64,000 nt of DNA from Candidatus Cloacimonadales bacterium (lineage in GTDB: Bacteria > Cloacimonadota > Cloacimonadia > Cloacimonadales > JAFGVF01), in assembly GCA_963677495.2 (NCBI GenBank), contig CAXXOU010000004.1:704001-768000 (forward strand), in the 5' to 3' direction. The position numbers and the translations under genes were made by a program. Below the pieces are notes generated by a model that was not told the DNA's origin, searched no databases, and saw only the letters and a program-made list of their open reading frames with translations. Shown piece after piece: positions 28,471 to 38,380 of the stretch (the first letter of the stretch is position 1; each line of letters begins with the position of its first letter).

Positions 28471-29294
28471 TGAAGTGTAGATCCGGGAGCAGAATGCAGA
28501 GACCAGGGAAGCCTAGTCTTCTACTAGCTGAGACTTCAGTCTATAAAGCAAGGGTGCAAGCTGATGGTGGAACAATAAGCACTGCCAGCTTGTTGAAAAT
28601 CAATGCAGATATAGCTAAGTTCAAAGAGATTGGTATATGGAACAAGATGTATCAATATATTGTTGCTGATGGTGGATTAAAGACGGATGGAACAAGTCCT
28701 GTTAGGGTAACAAAGGCTTATGATGTTAAGTCTACAAAAGATGTTGTCTCAACCATTGAAACCGAGCAACCTTACATTGTTAGAGGATCTGAAAATTACT
28801 TTGATTTTACACCAGCCTTATCAAACCTCCACGGATCATATGGAGAAACTATAGCTCAGCCGTACGAGACTCTTGTACTTCCGAGAACGGGTGGTGGCTA
28901 TGGTTATCTTGTAGACGGTTACGGAAGCTTAACAGGTGTGATAGGTGTTATACCTGCTGGTGATAAAATCAGAATTTATGCAGGTGCTGCAGGTGACTTT
29001 GCTTCCGGTACTTGGGCACCACCATCTCAAATTCTTGTAAGGATGAATGGTGCAGTATCGCAGGTGTGGAAAAACAATCTTAGCTTAGGTATTGTTGATC
29101 CAGGGAGCTCTAGCATTAGTGGTCTCTATTTTGGTAACAAAAATAATCCAAGCTCTACATTAGGGTATGAAGGTACTGCTTATGGTGTTATAAGATTCAA
29201 ATCAGGTACAAGTAACCTCTTAACATCTACTGAGAGAACTGAACTAGCAACTTACTTACAAAGCAGATTCAACCTTAATGCATTGGAGGAATAA
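28470..29294 (+). CDS. Putative fibre/receptor-binding protein (LamG/lectin-like)
   Basis: YKARVQADGG N-terminus, G/S-rich beta domain, ending LTSTER..LATYL. Confidence 0.55.
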   Translation: MKCRSGSRMQRPGKPSLLLAETSVYKARVQADGGTISTASLLKINADIAKFKEIGIWNKMYQYIVADGGLKTDGTSPVRVTKAYDVKSTKDVVSTIETEQPYIVRGSENYFDFTPALSNLHGSYGETIAQPYETLVLPRTGGGYGYLVDGYGSLTGVIGVIPAGDKIRIYAGAAGDFASGTWAPPSQILVRMNGAVSQVWKNNLSLGIVDPGSSSISGLYFGNKNNPSSTLGYEGTAYGVIRFKSGTSNLLTSTERTELATYLQSRFNLNALEE

Positions 29295-29518
29295 TGTACG
29301 CTCTCTTTAAGAACAAAGACGATTATCTGACAAAGTTAAATGAGGTTAATCAAGCTTTAGGTTATCCCAACTTAGTCGGAACAAATACTTATGCAACTGA
29401 GGAACCTATTCTTACTATCTGTGGGCATTATGCAATGCCTGTGGTGCAGCATGTACAGCAACTATTTAACGACGAAGAATTGGTTGAATCTGTTGAATGG
29501 GATACATTGGAGGAATAA
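29294..29518 (+). CDS. Small fibre-associated protein
   Basis: Coupled to the fibre gene, GGAGG RBS. Confidence 0.55.
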   Translation: MYALFKNKDDYLTKLNEVNQALGYPNLVGTNTYATEEPILTICGHYAMPVVQHVQQLFNDEELVESVEWDTLEE

Positions 29519-29740
29519 ATGAGTAGAGGCAAGAATCCTAATCAAACTAACAACCAGAAAGAGACCATGCTTGAGCGTGATGTTCGTGAAGTAAGGGAAT
29601 GTGTCTTTGGTAATGGGAAACCCGGTTTAAAGTATGAAATCGTGCGTATAAAAAGCAACCTGAAGTTCAATACCTGGTTAACCGGAGCAATCGCTTTAGC
29701 TCTGATAACCGGAGTTATTAAGCTCCTCTTCTTCTTTTAG
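29519..29740 (+). CDS. Holin/XhlA-like single-TM protein
   Basis: GNGKPGL motif followed by a C-terminal TM helix. Confidence 0.55.
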   Translation: MSRGKNPNQTNNQKETMLERDVREVRECVFGNGKPGLKYEIVRIKSNLKFNTWLTGAIALALITGVIKLLFFF

Positions 29741-30208
29741 GTGGTGATGATGGCAAAAGGATCAAGAGATTATAAGAAGTTATCACGAATCGCATTCCAA
29801 ATGTGGCAAGATGGAACCAGAGATATTAAGGACATAGCCAAACTCCTTGATGTTGGTGACAGAACTGTGTCTCGGTGGAAGTCTAATGGTAAATGGGTTG
29901 AACTTGAAAATGAGGAAGCAGAACTTGAGAGAAAGACACTAATAGTTGCAAGAAGAGTAAGATTAAAAGCTCTTGAAGAGTATGAACAGAATCCTCATGA
30001 TAAGGAAGTTCAGAGCCTTGTTCTCTTGTTAAGAGACATCGAAAAGAAGGCTCAACCAGCTAAAGAACTTCTAAACTACATCATCAAGTTTTTAGATCAA
30101 ACAACAAACTATTTCATTGAAAAAGGTCTATTAGATGAACTCGCAATGATCCAAGAGCATGTTCCAGATTTGGCAGAGTATCTTAAAGCAAAAAATCAAG
30201 GTGTTTAA
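29741..30208 (+). CDS. Terminase small subunit (HTH)
   Basis: IKDIAKLLDVGDRTVSRWK...KW; immediately upstream of the large subunit. Confidence 0.7.
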   Translation: MVMMAKGSRDYKKLSRIAFQMWQDGTRDIKDIAKLLDVGDRTVSRWKSNGKWVELENEEAELERKTLIVARRVRLKALEEYEQNPHDKEVQSLVLLLRDIEKKAQPAKELLNYIIKFLDQTTNYFIEKGLLDELAMIQEHVPDLAEYLKAKNQGV

Positions 30209-31719
30209 TGGCATTAAAGTGGACTAAAGTACAAAAACTTAAACTTGAAGAAATAGCTGGTAAAACTCCAGAAGTCTTACCTTTTGAAGCAGATACACCT
30301 GCTAAGAAAAAGAGACGTAAAAAAACTTCTGCTAAGCCTAGTTGGGAAGGCTTTAGTTTCTTTTGTAAAACATACTTTAGCAACGTCTTCACTAACGAGT
30401 TTAACGGTGATCATAAAGAAGCGTTTGAATATGTTGAAGGTAATGTCCATGGTATTACAGCTATAACCGGATATAGGGGACTTGGAAAAACCACTGAGTT
30501 TGCATTTGCTTATGTCATTTGGAGACTCGCTACACAAGGTGATCAGTTCAATTTGAATATTGCTGCTGATAGGGATCTCGCTGATGCAAGAACAGCAGCT
30601 ATTCATTATGCGTTAAACAACAATGTTAGAATCAAGAATGACTATCCAGAAATGATTCCTCTTAATGATGACACTAAGAACTATTCCTTAGGGAATAAGG
30701 CACTTATAAAGGCTCAGGGTATAAAAAAGAATGCAAAGGGTGCTAAGAATTATAAGACTCAGAAAAGAGTAGATTTACTGATTTATGACGATGTGGATGA
30801 TGAAGATAACCAGGGGAACAGAACTGTAGGCTTCAAGAAAATGAATAAAATCAAGGGTGATGGGTTTGGAGCCCTAATTCCCAAAGGTGGAAGAGTAATT
30901 TGGCTTGGGAATGAAACACACCCAAACTTTGCCATTGCACAGTATGCAGCTGATATAAATAAAAAGCAAAAGACAGGGCATTTGATTAAAGGATATCAAA
31001 TTTTTCTAAGATATTCAATCGAAGATGAGAATGGTAATAGCAGATGGCAAGAACAGTATTCCAATGAGGATTTAGCAGCAATTAGAGAAATCATGGGTTA
31101 TACTGTATATTGTCGAGAGATGCTAGGAAAGCCAATCATTGAAGGCTCTGTTTTCAAGGCAGAATGGTTTACGTATTGGGAGAAGTTACCAAAGAAATTC
31201 AAGTGCGTCTGGATGTATGCTGATCCATCGTGGGGTGAGAAGGGTTGCTATAAGGCAATAGTCATTATTGGGCTTGGTTATGATGGTAAATATTATATGA
31301 TAGATTGCTGGGTTAGACAAACTAGCAACACTGTCTTCTACACTGAGTTCATTGAGTTATTCTACAAAGTTAAAAAGATGGGTGGTAGGACAGCTATGGA
31401 GACAGTCTTTGGTCAACATAGACATCTGAAAGACATGGATGATTACTGTGAAGAGATGGGTATGTTGCCTATATCACACTGGATAAAGCATATTAATACA
31501 AAAGAAGATAAGAGTATGAGGATAGAACGGCTTGAAACGTCTATTGAACGTGGAAAACTATTATTTTGTCACCATGGTGATATAACAACTTTAGAAGGGC
31601 AGTTCCTTTCTTATCCTGATGGGTATTTGGATGGACCAGATGCAACAGCAGGAGCAATGGAAAGATTCCCAAAATACACAAGAAGAAGACCAGCAAGAGT
31701 TCGAAGACTCAATTACTAG
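30208..31719 (+). CDS. Terminase large subunit
   Basis: YRGLGKTT Walker A, LIYDD Walker B, YADPS and DGPDA nuclease motifs. Confidence 0.9.
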   Translation: MALKWTKVQKLKLEEIAGKTPEVLPFEADTPAKKKRRKKTSAKPSWEGFSFFCKTYFSNVFTNEFNGDHKEAFEYVEGNVHGITAITGYRGLGKTTEFAFAYVIWRLATQGDQFNLNIAADRDLADARTAAIHYALNNNVRIKNDYPEMIPLNDDTKNYSLGNKALIKAQGIKKNAKGAKNYKTQKRVDLLIYDDVDDEDNQGNRTVGFKKMNKIKGDGFGALIPKGGRVIWLGNETHPNFAIAQYAADINKKQKTGHLIKGYQIFLRYSIEDENGNSRWQEQYSNEDLAAIREIMGYTVYCREMLGKPIIEGSVFKAEWFTYWEKLPKKFKCVWMYADPSWGEKGCYKAIVIIGLGYDGKYYMIDCWVRQTSNTVFYTEFIELFYKVKKMGGRTAMETVFGQHRHLKDMDDYCEEMGMLPISHWIKHINTKEDKSMRIERLETSIERGKLLFCHHGDITTLEGQFLSYPDGYLDGPDATAGAMERFPKYTRRRPARVRRLNY

Positions 31720-31727
31720 GAGGAAAG

Positions 31728-32051
31728 ATGAGAGTTTATACTAACCTAAACACTTTAAAGAAGGTTAAGCACTTGTTGAAACAATTAGATTTAGGGCATC
31801 TATTAGATGGTGGAGAACCTAATCCCAATACAACAGTATCCGGGATACTCGATAAGCTACTGGATGAAGGCTTAATGGAAGAGTTCATGCAGACAATCAC
31901 AAGAGATAATCAGACAGACTTTGCAGAAATGGAGCTGGTTGAGATGAAGGAGGTGATCTCAAATTTTTTGTCAGGTATCATCGAATTCTTGCCCGAATCT
32001 GCACAAAAGATTCTAATTCCAGAAGCAAGTCAAGAGCCAAGCGAACGGTAG
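31728..32051 (+). CDS. Tail assembly chaperone (gpG-like); -1 frameshift product extends to 32197
   Basis: Precedes the tape measure gene; slippery A AAT TTT at 31961-31967; -1 frame open to TAG 32195-32197. Confidence 0.75.
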   Translation: MRVYTNLNTLKKVKHLLKQLDLGHLLDGGEPNPNTTVSGILDKLLDEGLMEEFMQTITRDNQTDFAEMELVEMKEVISNFLSGIIEFLPESAQKILIPEASQEPSER

Positions 32052-32185
32052 AGAATAGCGATGTATTCCTGGACTACTATTACACACTTAAAAGAGCAAA
32101 TCTCTGGGATAAAGACCTTGAACTTGATGAGGCTGTATACTTGCTTAAAAAGCTTAAAAAAGAGAATGAGGAGATTGAAAAGAAC

Positions 32186-32332
32186 TCAACCAAGTAGTTC
32201 GTCAATTATATCCTTTTTACTACGTTTAGGTGGGTGTTTAAGTCGTTCATTAATAGAAAGAATGGTACCACAAACAATTGCTGAAATAGCAATGAAAGCA
32301 AGTAGTGTGATAACAGTAAATATAATATTCAT
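32186..32332 (-). CDS. 48-aa single-TM moron protein not in ORF track
   Basis: MNIIFTVITLLAFIAISAIVCGTILSINERLKHPPKRSKKDIIDELLG with GAGG RBS. Confidence 0.55.
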   Translation of the reverse strand: MNIIFTVITLLAFIAISAIVCGTILSINERLKHPPKRSKKDIIDELLG

Positions 32333-32370
32333 TTTAAAACCTCAGTTAAAGATTGAAGGAGCTGTATAAG

Positions 32371-35109
32371 ATGTCAAGTAAATTAAACATGGTTATGCAA
32401 TTAGACATCAAGCAGGTGCTTGAAAGACTTAAGCGTGTTGACAGCAAGATTAAAGATGTGTTTGGCATTGTTAGCAAGCCATTAAAGCTTAATGCGGACG
32501 GCTCTGAAGTAGAGCAAGCCTTAGACAACATATCAGCTAAAGTAGATGGAATTGAAGATATCGAAATAGATGCTGATGGTAGCGATGCTGTTGATGAAGC
32601 AGGAGAAGTTGCCGGGGCAATGGATGAAATTCCAGACAATAAGAATATTAAAATTAATACTGAGGGCACAGAGAATAGTGTGCAGGAACTTACAAGGGTG
32701 GGAGTGGCAATTTTTGCCATATCTAACTCTTACAATATGGTCAAAAGCAAGATAGCAGGATATTTAGAATTGTCTAATAGACAAGAGCTATCAGAGGTTT
32801 CACTTACTTCTGCACTGAAAGCCAGAGGATTGGCTAGTCAGCAGAATATTGATTCAATGATTAAGCTGGCACAACGAACTCAGGCTGTTACAATGATTGG
32901 GGATGAAGCATCAATTGAGATGCTTGCTCTTGCAACATCAAGCGGAGTGGCATTTGATAAAATGGAGGAAACTCTAACAGGAGCTATTGGTCTTTCAACT
33001 GCCTTTGAAAAAGCAGGACTAAGCCAGGAAATGGCAATGAAGGGGTTAGCACTTGCTTATGAAGGTGAGTTCACTCAGCTAAACAGGTATATTCCGGCTC
33101 TAAGGACAGCAACAACTGATACTGAGAAGATGGCAATCCTTCAAGAAGCAATGGCTAATGGTTTTGAGATGGCAAAAGATCAGGCAAAATCTCAAGCAGG
33201 TCAATTAGCCCAAACCGGGAATCTGCTATCTGATCTAGGTGATAAGATTGGGGATGTATTGAAGTCATACCTTAAGCCACTAAATGTTGTTTTGAAGGGC
33301 ATAGCACAGTGGCTCAATGATTATCCTAGCTTATTCCGGGGATTGGTGGCGGCTTTTACAGCCATGGTGACAGTGACGAGTCTTTTACTATCTAAAACTA
33401 TTGCCTTGAATGCCGCAAAAGCGGTTGGGGCTGCTCTGTCCGGGAATTGGATTGCTTTGGCTGCAGCCGCTGCTGTTGGAGTAGGAGCTTGGGCTGCGAG
33501 TAGTTCTGCACTGAAGGGGAATATAGACGAGCTCAATGAGTCTGTAGAAGAAGCAACCAATTCGACACAGCAATACCAGAATCAACTTGATAGAATGAAT
33601 ACTCAACAAGTGAAGAGTGCAGTGACGGATCTTAAACAAGAATATGAAGATCTTAAGTTGGAACTTGAGGAGCTAAAAAAACATGATCCAGGGAGAACAC
33701 TTTCAGATAACCATGAAAGGCTTGAAAAGGCTATATACGAAGCCAAGAAGAAGTACAGGGTAGCTCGTAGTAAATTGATTGTATTGGAGAATAAAGATGA
33801 GCAATCAAGACTTGAAATCCAAGAGGACTTTGTGCTTAGAAAAACTGAGTTAGATAATCAGGCTTCATTATCAAATGAAAGATTGCTGGAACGCCAACTA
33901 GAGCTTGCCCGACTGAGTTATGAAGATATGAAGGTTGTTGATCAGCAAACTATGAATGCTAAGCTTGGGCAATACCAGAAGATTATGGATTTAGAAAAGC
34001 AACTAAAGGCTTTTAGAGAGCAAGAAGATGCTACCGAGTTAGCTGAGCAAGCACAGAAACTATCTCAATCCAAGGCTGAGATAGTGGAGTATTACTCTAA
34101 TCTTAAAGAGCTTGGGATTATTAATTATGAGGAGATGAAAAACAAGCTTCAAGAGTATTTAGAGAAAGTAAAGAGCGTCTATGGTGAGGAAAGCGAGATT
34201 TATAAAGAAGAGAAGAAAGAGATAACCAGATTGGAGCAAAACACCAACCTTAGAATGTATGAAGATAGGATTTCTTTACAATTAAAGGTGCATACTGAGC
34301 TATTGGAAGCTGATGGTAAGTATCACGAATCTAAGCTTCTTCTGTTTGAAGCAAGCTGGGAAAAGGAGAAGGCTGCACTTATCGCTGCTAAGGTATCTGA
34401 AGAGGAAATTGAGAAGCTTTACGCAGAAAGGAAGCTTGCGATAACAAGCAAGATGACTAAGGCTCAAAGCCAGGCATATAATGTGTTTCATGCCGGGATA
34501 ATGGAGATGTTTGGTGACATTGCCAGAATCGAAGTTGAGACCAATAACACGCTGATCAAGGGCTTTGTTGCAATGGCTAATACCTTTATTGCTCAAGTTC
34601 AGAGAATGATTGCTCAATGGCTCGCTTTTCAGGCAGTGAAGAAGCTTGGTGCAACCTTGGGTTTCAATATATTAGGTAGTGTTCTTGGCTTTGGTAACGG
34701 TGGTCAGGTTCCTATTATGGCAGATGGTGGATTGCTTTATGGTGCCAGTCACTCTGAAGGTGGAATTCCACTTGTTGCTGAAGGAGGTGAGTATATCATT
34801 AATACTTCGTCAACAGCTATGTTTAAGCCATTATTAGATCTGATTAATTTTGCACCAAAGGTTGCAATGGATATGTTCAAGGGTTTGTCCGGATTTAGGA
34901 TCCCTACAGCAAGCAGCTATAACCTGGCATATTCCGGAGCAAATGGAGCCGGAATGGAAGAGCTTGTTGGGGAAGTTAGAGCTTTGCGTGCTGAGGTGAG
35001 AAATAAGCAAATTTCCGGAGTATTTAGCATGAGGGATGATAGAAGCTCATACAATAGATATAAGTGCTTCCTTGTTGATAAAAAGAGCTATGAGGAGCAA
35101 GCAAAGTGA
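32371..35109 (+). CDS. Tail tape measure protein
   Basis: 912-aa helical protein with central hydrophobic Ala-rich segment and C-terminal G.SHSEGG...AEGGEYIIN; AGGAG RBS before 32371. Confidence 0.9.
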   Translation: MSSKLNMVMQLDIKQVLERLKRVDSKIKDVFGIVSKPLKLNADGSEVEQALDNISAKVDGIEDIEIDADGSDAVDEAGEVAGAMDEIPDNKNIKINTEGTENSVQELTRVGVAIFAISNSYNMVKSKIAGYLELSNRQELSEVSLTSALKARGLASQQNIDSMIKLAQRTQAVTMIGDEASIEMLALATSSGVAFDKMEETLTGAIGLSTAFEKAGLSQEMAMKGLALAYEGEFTQLNRYIPALRTATTDTEKMAILQEAMANGFEMAKDQAKSQAGQLAQTGNLLSDLGDKIGDVLKSYLKPLNVVLKGIAQWLNDYPSLFRGLVAAFTAMVTVTSLLLSKTIALNAAKAVGAALSGNWIALAAAAAVGVGAWAASSSALKGNIDELNESVEEATNSTQQYQNQLDRMNTQQVKSAVTDLKQEYEDLKLELEELKKHDPGRTLSDNHERLEKAIYEAKKKYRVARSKLIVLENKDEQSRLEIQEDFVLRKTELDNQASLSNERLLERQLELARLSYEDMKVVDQQTMNAKLGQYQKIMDLEKQLKAFREQEDATELAEQAQKLSQSKAEIVEYYSNLKELGIINYEEMKNKLQEYLEKVKSVYGEESEIYKEEKKEITRLEQNTNLRMYEDRISLQLKVHTELLEADGKYHESKLLLFEASWEKEKAALIAAKVSEEEIEKLYAERKLAITSKMTKAQSQAYNVFHAGIMEMFGDIARIEVETNNTLIKGFVAMANTFIAQVQRMIAQWLAFQAVKKLGATLGFNILGSVLGFGNGGQVPIMADGGLLYGASHSEGGIPLVAEGGEYIINTSSTAMFKPLLDLINFAPKVAMDMFKGLSGFRIPTASSYNLAYSGANGAGMEELVGEVRALRAEVRNKQISGVFSMRDDRSSYNRYKCFLVDKKSYEEQAK

Positions 35110-36188
35110 AGAGTAATGCAGTATTAAGGTTTGAATGGCAAGAAAGCCCCGGGACTGCGATAAATGGGATTGTGGTTAATGGGTTTCTTTCTGAGATCCC
35201 CGAGTTTGTCTCCCGGATTGAGCTTGATACATCTATCATCACTTTGGAAAGTGCTTCTTTAGTCTTTCAATACACTCCTTCAGAACAGTTAGCTCAGGGA
35301 GAATACAGGACTTGGTGCTTAGTGCTTGAAGCTTATTTGATTACTCAGAAGGTTGTGAGTATTGAGGTTATGATCAATGGGATAAGTGAGTATACCGGGA
35401 TACCTGATTATGGTACTATTGGTGAGGATTATGTTGATCATACGCTTAGCATTGATGTAGGCTCTGAAGCAGGAGCTTTGCTTGATCAGGAGATTGAAGC
35501 CGGGACTGAGATTTGGACTTATCTTACTGCTCTGACCCAGAATCTTACACCTTTGAAGGGTATGTTTACTCATATCCTGAATACATACTTACCGGAATAC
35601 ATGATTCAGTTTAATCTTGATGAGAGTATGGTTATCTATCACCCAGATCAGATTGAAGATAGTCATGCATATAGGATATGGATAAACTCCACAACTACTG
35701 TATCAAGCCTGCTGAAGCAGATACTTTACTTAACCGGGTGCAAGCTTAGGTTTGTGAGAGTTGGTGGAATGAGACAAGTGATGATCTCCAATATAATGCA
35801 TGGCTCAGAGAACCCGGTCATTGATATCCAGAAAGCTGCATTGCCTAGAAAGAATTCTGATTATCTGGCTGAGTTTGATGATCCCGGAGCTAATGTTGCT
35901 GTGTCTTTATTTTACATTGCTCTAGGTGGATTACCCGGTGAGTCAGTGTTTAATGTAGGTTTAGGTTTCTTTGCTTCAGGATGGGTGCAATGGTATGATA
36001 ATCTGAAGAAGATGTCACATAAAGAAAGATACTTGTTAGAAGGGGCTGGGCAATACGCAAAAGCAGGGGAACACGTGCGTGTTCATGGGACTACCTACTA
36101 TGTACTCGAATCAGTGAGAAAGCCTAAATTTAGCCCGGGAAATCAACCGTTAGAGATGATATTACTGAAGGGAGTGTGGAATGCTTAG
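35106..36188 (+). CDS. Putative tail/baseplate hub protein
   Basis: Follows the tape measure gene with GTGA overlap; context. Confidence 0.55.
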   Translation: MKSNAVLRFEWQESPGTAINGIVVNGFLSEIPEFVSRIELDTSIITLESASLVFQYTPSEQLAQGEYRTWCLVLEAYLITQKVVSIEVMINGISEYTGIPDYGTIGEDYVDHTLSIDVGSEAGALLDQEIEAGTEIWTYLTALTQNLTPLKGMFTHILNTYLPEYMIQFNLDESMVIYHPDQIEDSHAYRIWINSTTTVSSLLKQILYLTGCKLRFVRVGGMRQVMISNIMHGSENPVIDIQKAALPRKNSDYLAEFDDPGANVAVSLFYIALGGLPGESVFNVGLGFFASGWVQWYDNLKKMSHKERYLLEGAGQYAKAGEHVRVHGTTYYVLESVRKPKFSPGNQPLEMILLKGVWNA

Positions 36189-36672
36189 TTTATACAAATT
36201 TTCTGGAGATGCTGCTAATCCAGTGATCAAGATTTATGAAGACTATACTATGAATGTGAAGCAGAGTGCTCCTCATTATAAGTATAAGCAGAATAATCCA
36301 TTGAATCCGGCTGAGGTTTGGACAATTGGTAAGTACTTTGTGAAGCAGGGGAAGGCTTCTATTATACTTGATACTCAGGGGTATGATGAGCTTGTTACCT
36401 TTCTAGAGGGAGTTGATAGTGCTTCTTATGATGATTTAACCGGGTTATGGATACAGTATACTCACGGCACTGGAGCTAAGGTGCTACATGTGACTAATCT
36501 GGTGTCTGTACCCCAAGAAATAGATGATATACACTACGATGCCTGTGTTTGGGCTGAGATAGAATTTGATTGTGTTTACAATGATGGAGTCCCTCCGACA
36601 TTACCTCTTGAATCCTTCTGGGGAGCAGGAAGCTGGGGTGCCGGAAGCTGGGGATTTACTGCTAATGAATAG
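36181..36672 (+). CDS. Putative distal tail protein
   Basis: Context; C-terminal WGAGSWGAGSWG. Confidence 0.5.
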   Translation: MLSLYKFSGDAANPVIKIYEDYTMNVKQSAPHYKYKQNNPLNPAEVWTIGKYFVKQGKASIILDTQGYDELVTFLEGVDSASYDDLTGLWIQYTHGTGAKVLHVTNLVSVPQEIDDIHYDACVWAEIEFDCVYNDGVPPTLPLESFWGAGSWGAGSWGFTANE

Positions 36673-36677
36673 AGGAG

Positions 36678-37460
36678 ATGATTATGGGAACTCAATTTAA
36701 TACACCCCCGGCATTGAATACACCGGGAACACAATACGCTGCTGATGTAAATAGCCTTTTAACAGCTATAACCGGAGCTATTAATGCTCTGGAAGCGGGG
36801 ACACCTTTAAATACTGTTTTTGCTGCTCTGAATCATACACATGCTTATGTGCCTACATCACATACCGATAACTCAGGCATAAAGCATACTACTGAGAGAA
36901 TATCCAGTCAGTTAGGTGGGGAATCACATCCTAACCTTGAGTTGTTACTTGCTTTGATGGTGGGAACTACTCAATTAACCGGACTTAAGTCTTTAGACGA
37001 CCTGACAAAGCACATTGCAGGCACTTCTAACAAGCACATGGCAAGTAAGATTGACTATGATGAAAACAACACAGTGGAAGAGATGATTGCTTTGCTTCAG
37101 CAAGGCATGTTAGGGCAATATTCAGTGCATAGACAGGTGGGGTTTGAGTTTACTCCAACTGCAGCTACAAAGTCGGTTTCTGAAGCTGATTTGCTTGCTT
37201 TACACCCGGAGATGGATGCAGGTCCTGAACACATTAATCCAAACTGTATTGTGCAGCTTTATAAGATTGATGACACGAGTGGGAAACGTACTCCGTCCGG
37301 TGTTGCTGAACCTGTTGAGATGAGTACCCCAGTTGATGGTGGTTCGATCACTCATATAAAACAGGTTGATTGCTCTTCTCTTACTGCAGGTAAGAATTAT
37401 GTGCTTGTGGTTGGATTCAGAAAAGCATCGGTTACACCTTCAGGAGGATCTCAGACTTAA
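36678..37460 (+). CDS. Putative tail fibre protein
   Basis: FAALNHTH and H....SNKH.ASKI fibre-like His motifs. Confidence 0.55.
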   Translation: MIMGTQFNTPPALNTPGTQYAADVNSLLTAITGAINALEAGTPLNTVFAALNHTHAYVPTSHTDNSGIKHTTERISSQLGGESHPNLELLLALMVGTTQLTGLKSLDDLTKHIAGTSNKHMASKIDYDENNTVEEMIALLQQGMLGQYSVHRQVGFEFTPTAATKSVSEADLLALHPEMDAGPEHINPNCIVQLYKIDDTSGKRTPSGVAEPVEMSTPVDGGSITHIKQVDCSSLTAGKNYVLVVGFRKASVTPSGGSQT

Positions 37461-37533
37461 TTTTCGCTAATTAGAAACACGTAAGACATGCTGGCAGAGT
37501 CCAGCATGATTACTATATATATGGGAGATAAAC

Positions 37534-38280
37534 ATGGACGCAATGATACCATGGATTGGCGGAAAAAGATTACTTAGAAAAACTATTTCAGAGATGATAC
37601 CGGGAGATATCACAACCTACATTGAGCCTTTTGGTGGTGCAGGATGGGTTATGTTCTACAAGGACAGATGGGCAAAGCATGAGGTATATAACGACCTTAA
37701 TGGAGACCTGACTAACCTGTTTAAGTATGTGAAATATCATCCGGATTCATTGGTTGCTGAACTTGATTTCTTCGTACATTCAAGAGAATTGTTTAAGGAC
37801 ATTAAAGTCAATCCCGGTATAACTGAGCTGCAGAGAGCAGCCCGGTTTATGTGGTTAACTTGCTTCAGCTTTGGAGCAAAAGGTGAGAGTGTTGCAACGT
37901 CGAAATTAGGGGAATCCAGGTCACTGCAGAATCGCTTTAAGAAGATAAGAGATCTGCACGATCGATTGGATAGAGTAATGATTGAAAATCTGGACTATAG
38001 AGAGCTGTTTAATCGGTATGATCAGCCCGGAGCATTCTTCTATACTGATCCTCCATATTTCCATGGGGTGAAGTATGATAATGCTAAGAACTTTGACCAT
38101 GAAGAGCTTAGGGATATGCTCTTTAAACTCAAAGGGAGATGGTTGCTTTCCTATGATGATTGTCCTGAGATTAGGGAACTGTATGCCGGATGTAAGATAG
38201 TGGGAGTTACCCGACAGAAAGGCATAAACAGGAAACTGGGAGACATGGAATACAAAGAGGTGATTATTATGCCAGGATAA
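37534..38280 (+). CDS. DNA adenine methyltransferase (Dam/D12 class) at the prophage right end
   Basis: WIGGK, YIEPFGGAG, NDLNG and YTDPPY motifs. Confidence 0.95.
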   Translation: MDAMIPWIGGKRLLRKTISEMIPGDITTYIEPFGGAGWVMFYKDRWAKHEVYNDLNGDLTNLFKYVKYHPDSLVAELDFFVHSRELFKDIKVNPGITELQRAARFMWLTCFSFGAKGESVATSKLGESRSLQNRFKKIRDLHDRLDRVMIENLDYRELFNRYDQPGAFFYTDPPYFHGVKYDNAKNFDHEELRDMLFKLKGRWLLSYDDCPEIRELYAGCKIVGVTRQKGINRKLGDMEYKEVIIMPG

Positions 38281-38380
38281 AAGAATTGACACCTATATAT
38301 AAGGATATAGGGTTTGTGTGTAATTGGACTTGCTCCAATTAAACCTAGGTTCCCCCTGCTTGCTACAGACGGCAGGGGGA

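Noticed and set aside
32061..32369. 102-aa plus-strand ORF
   Set aside because: No RBS; the region is better explained by the -1 frameshift extension and the antisense TM gene.
28470..37460. Diversity-generating retroelement or invertible tail-fibre cassette
   Set aside because: No reverse transcriptase, invertase or TR/VR repeat pair was seen.
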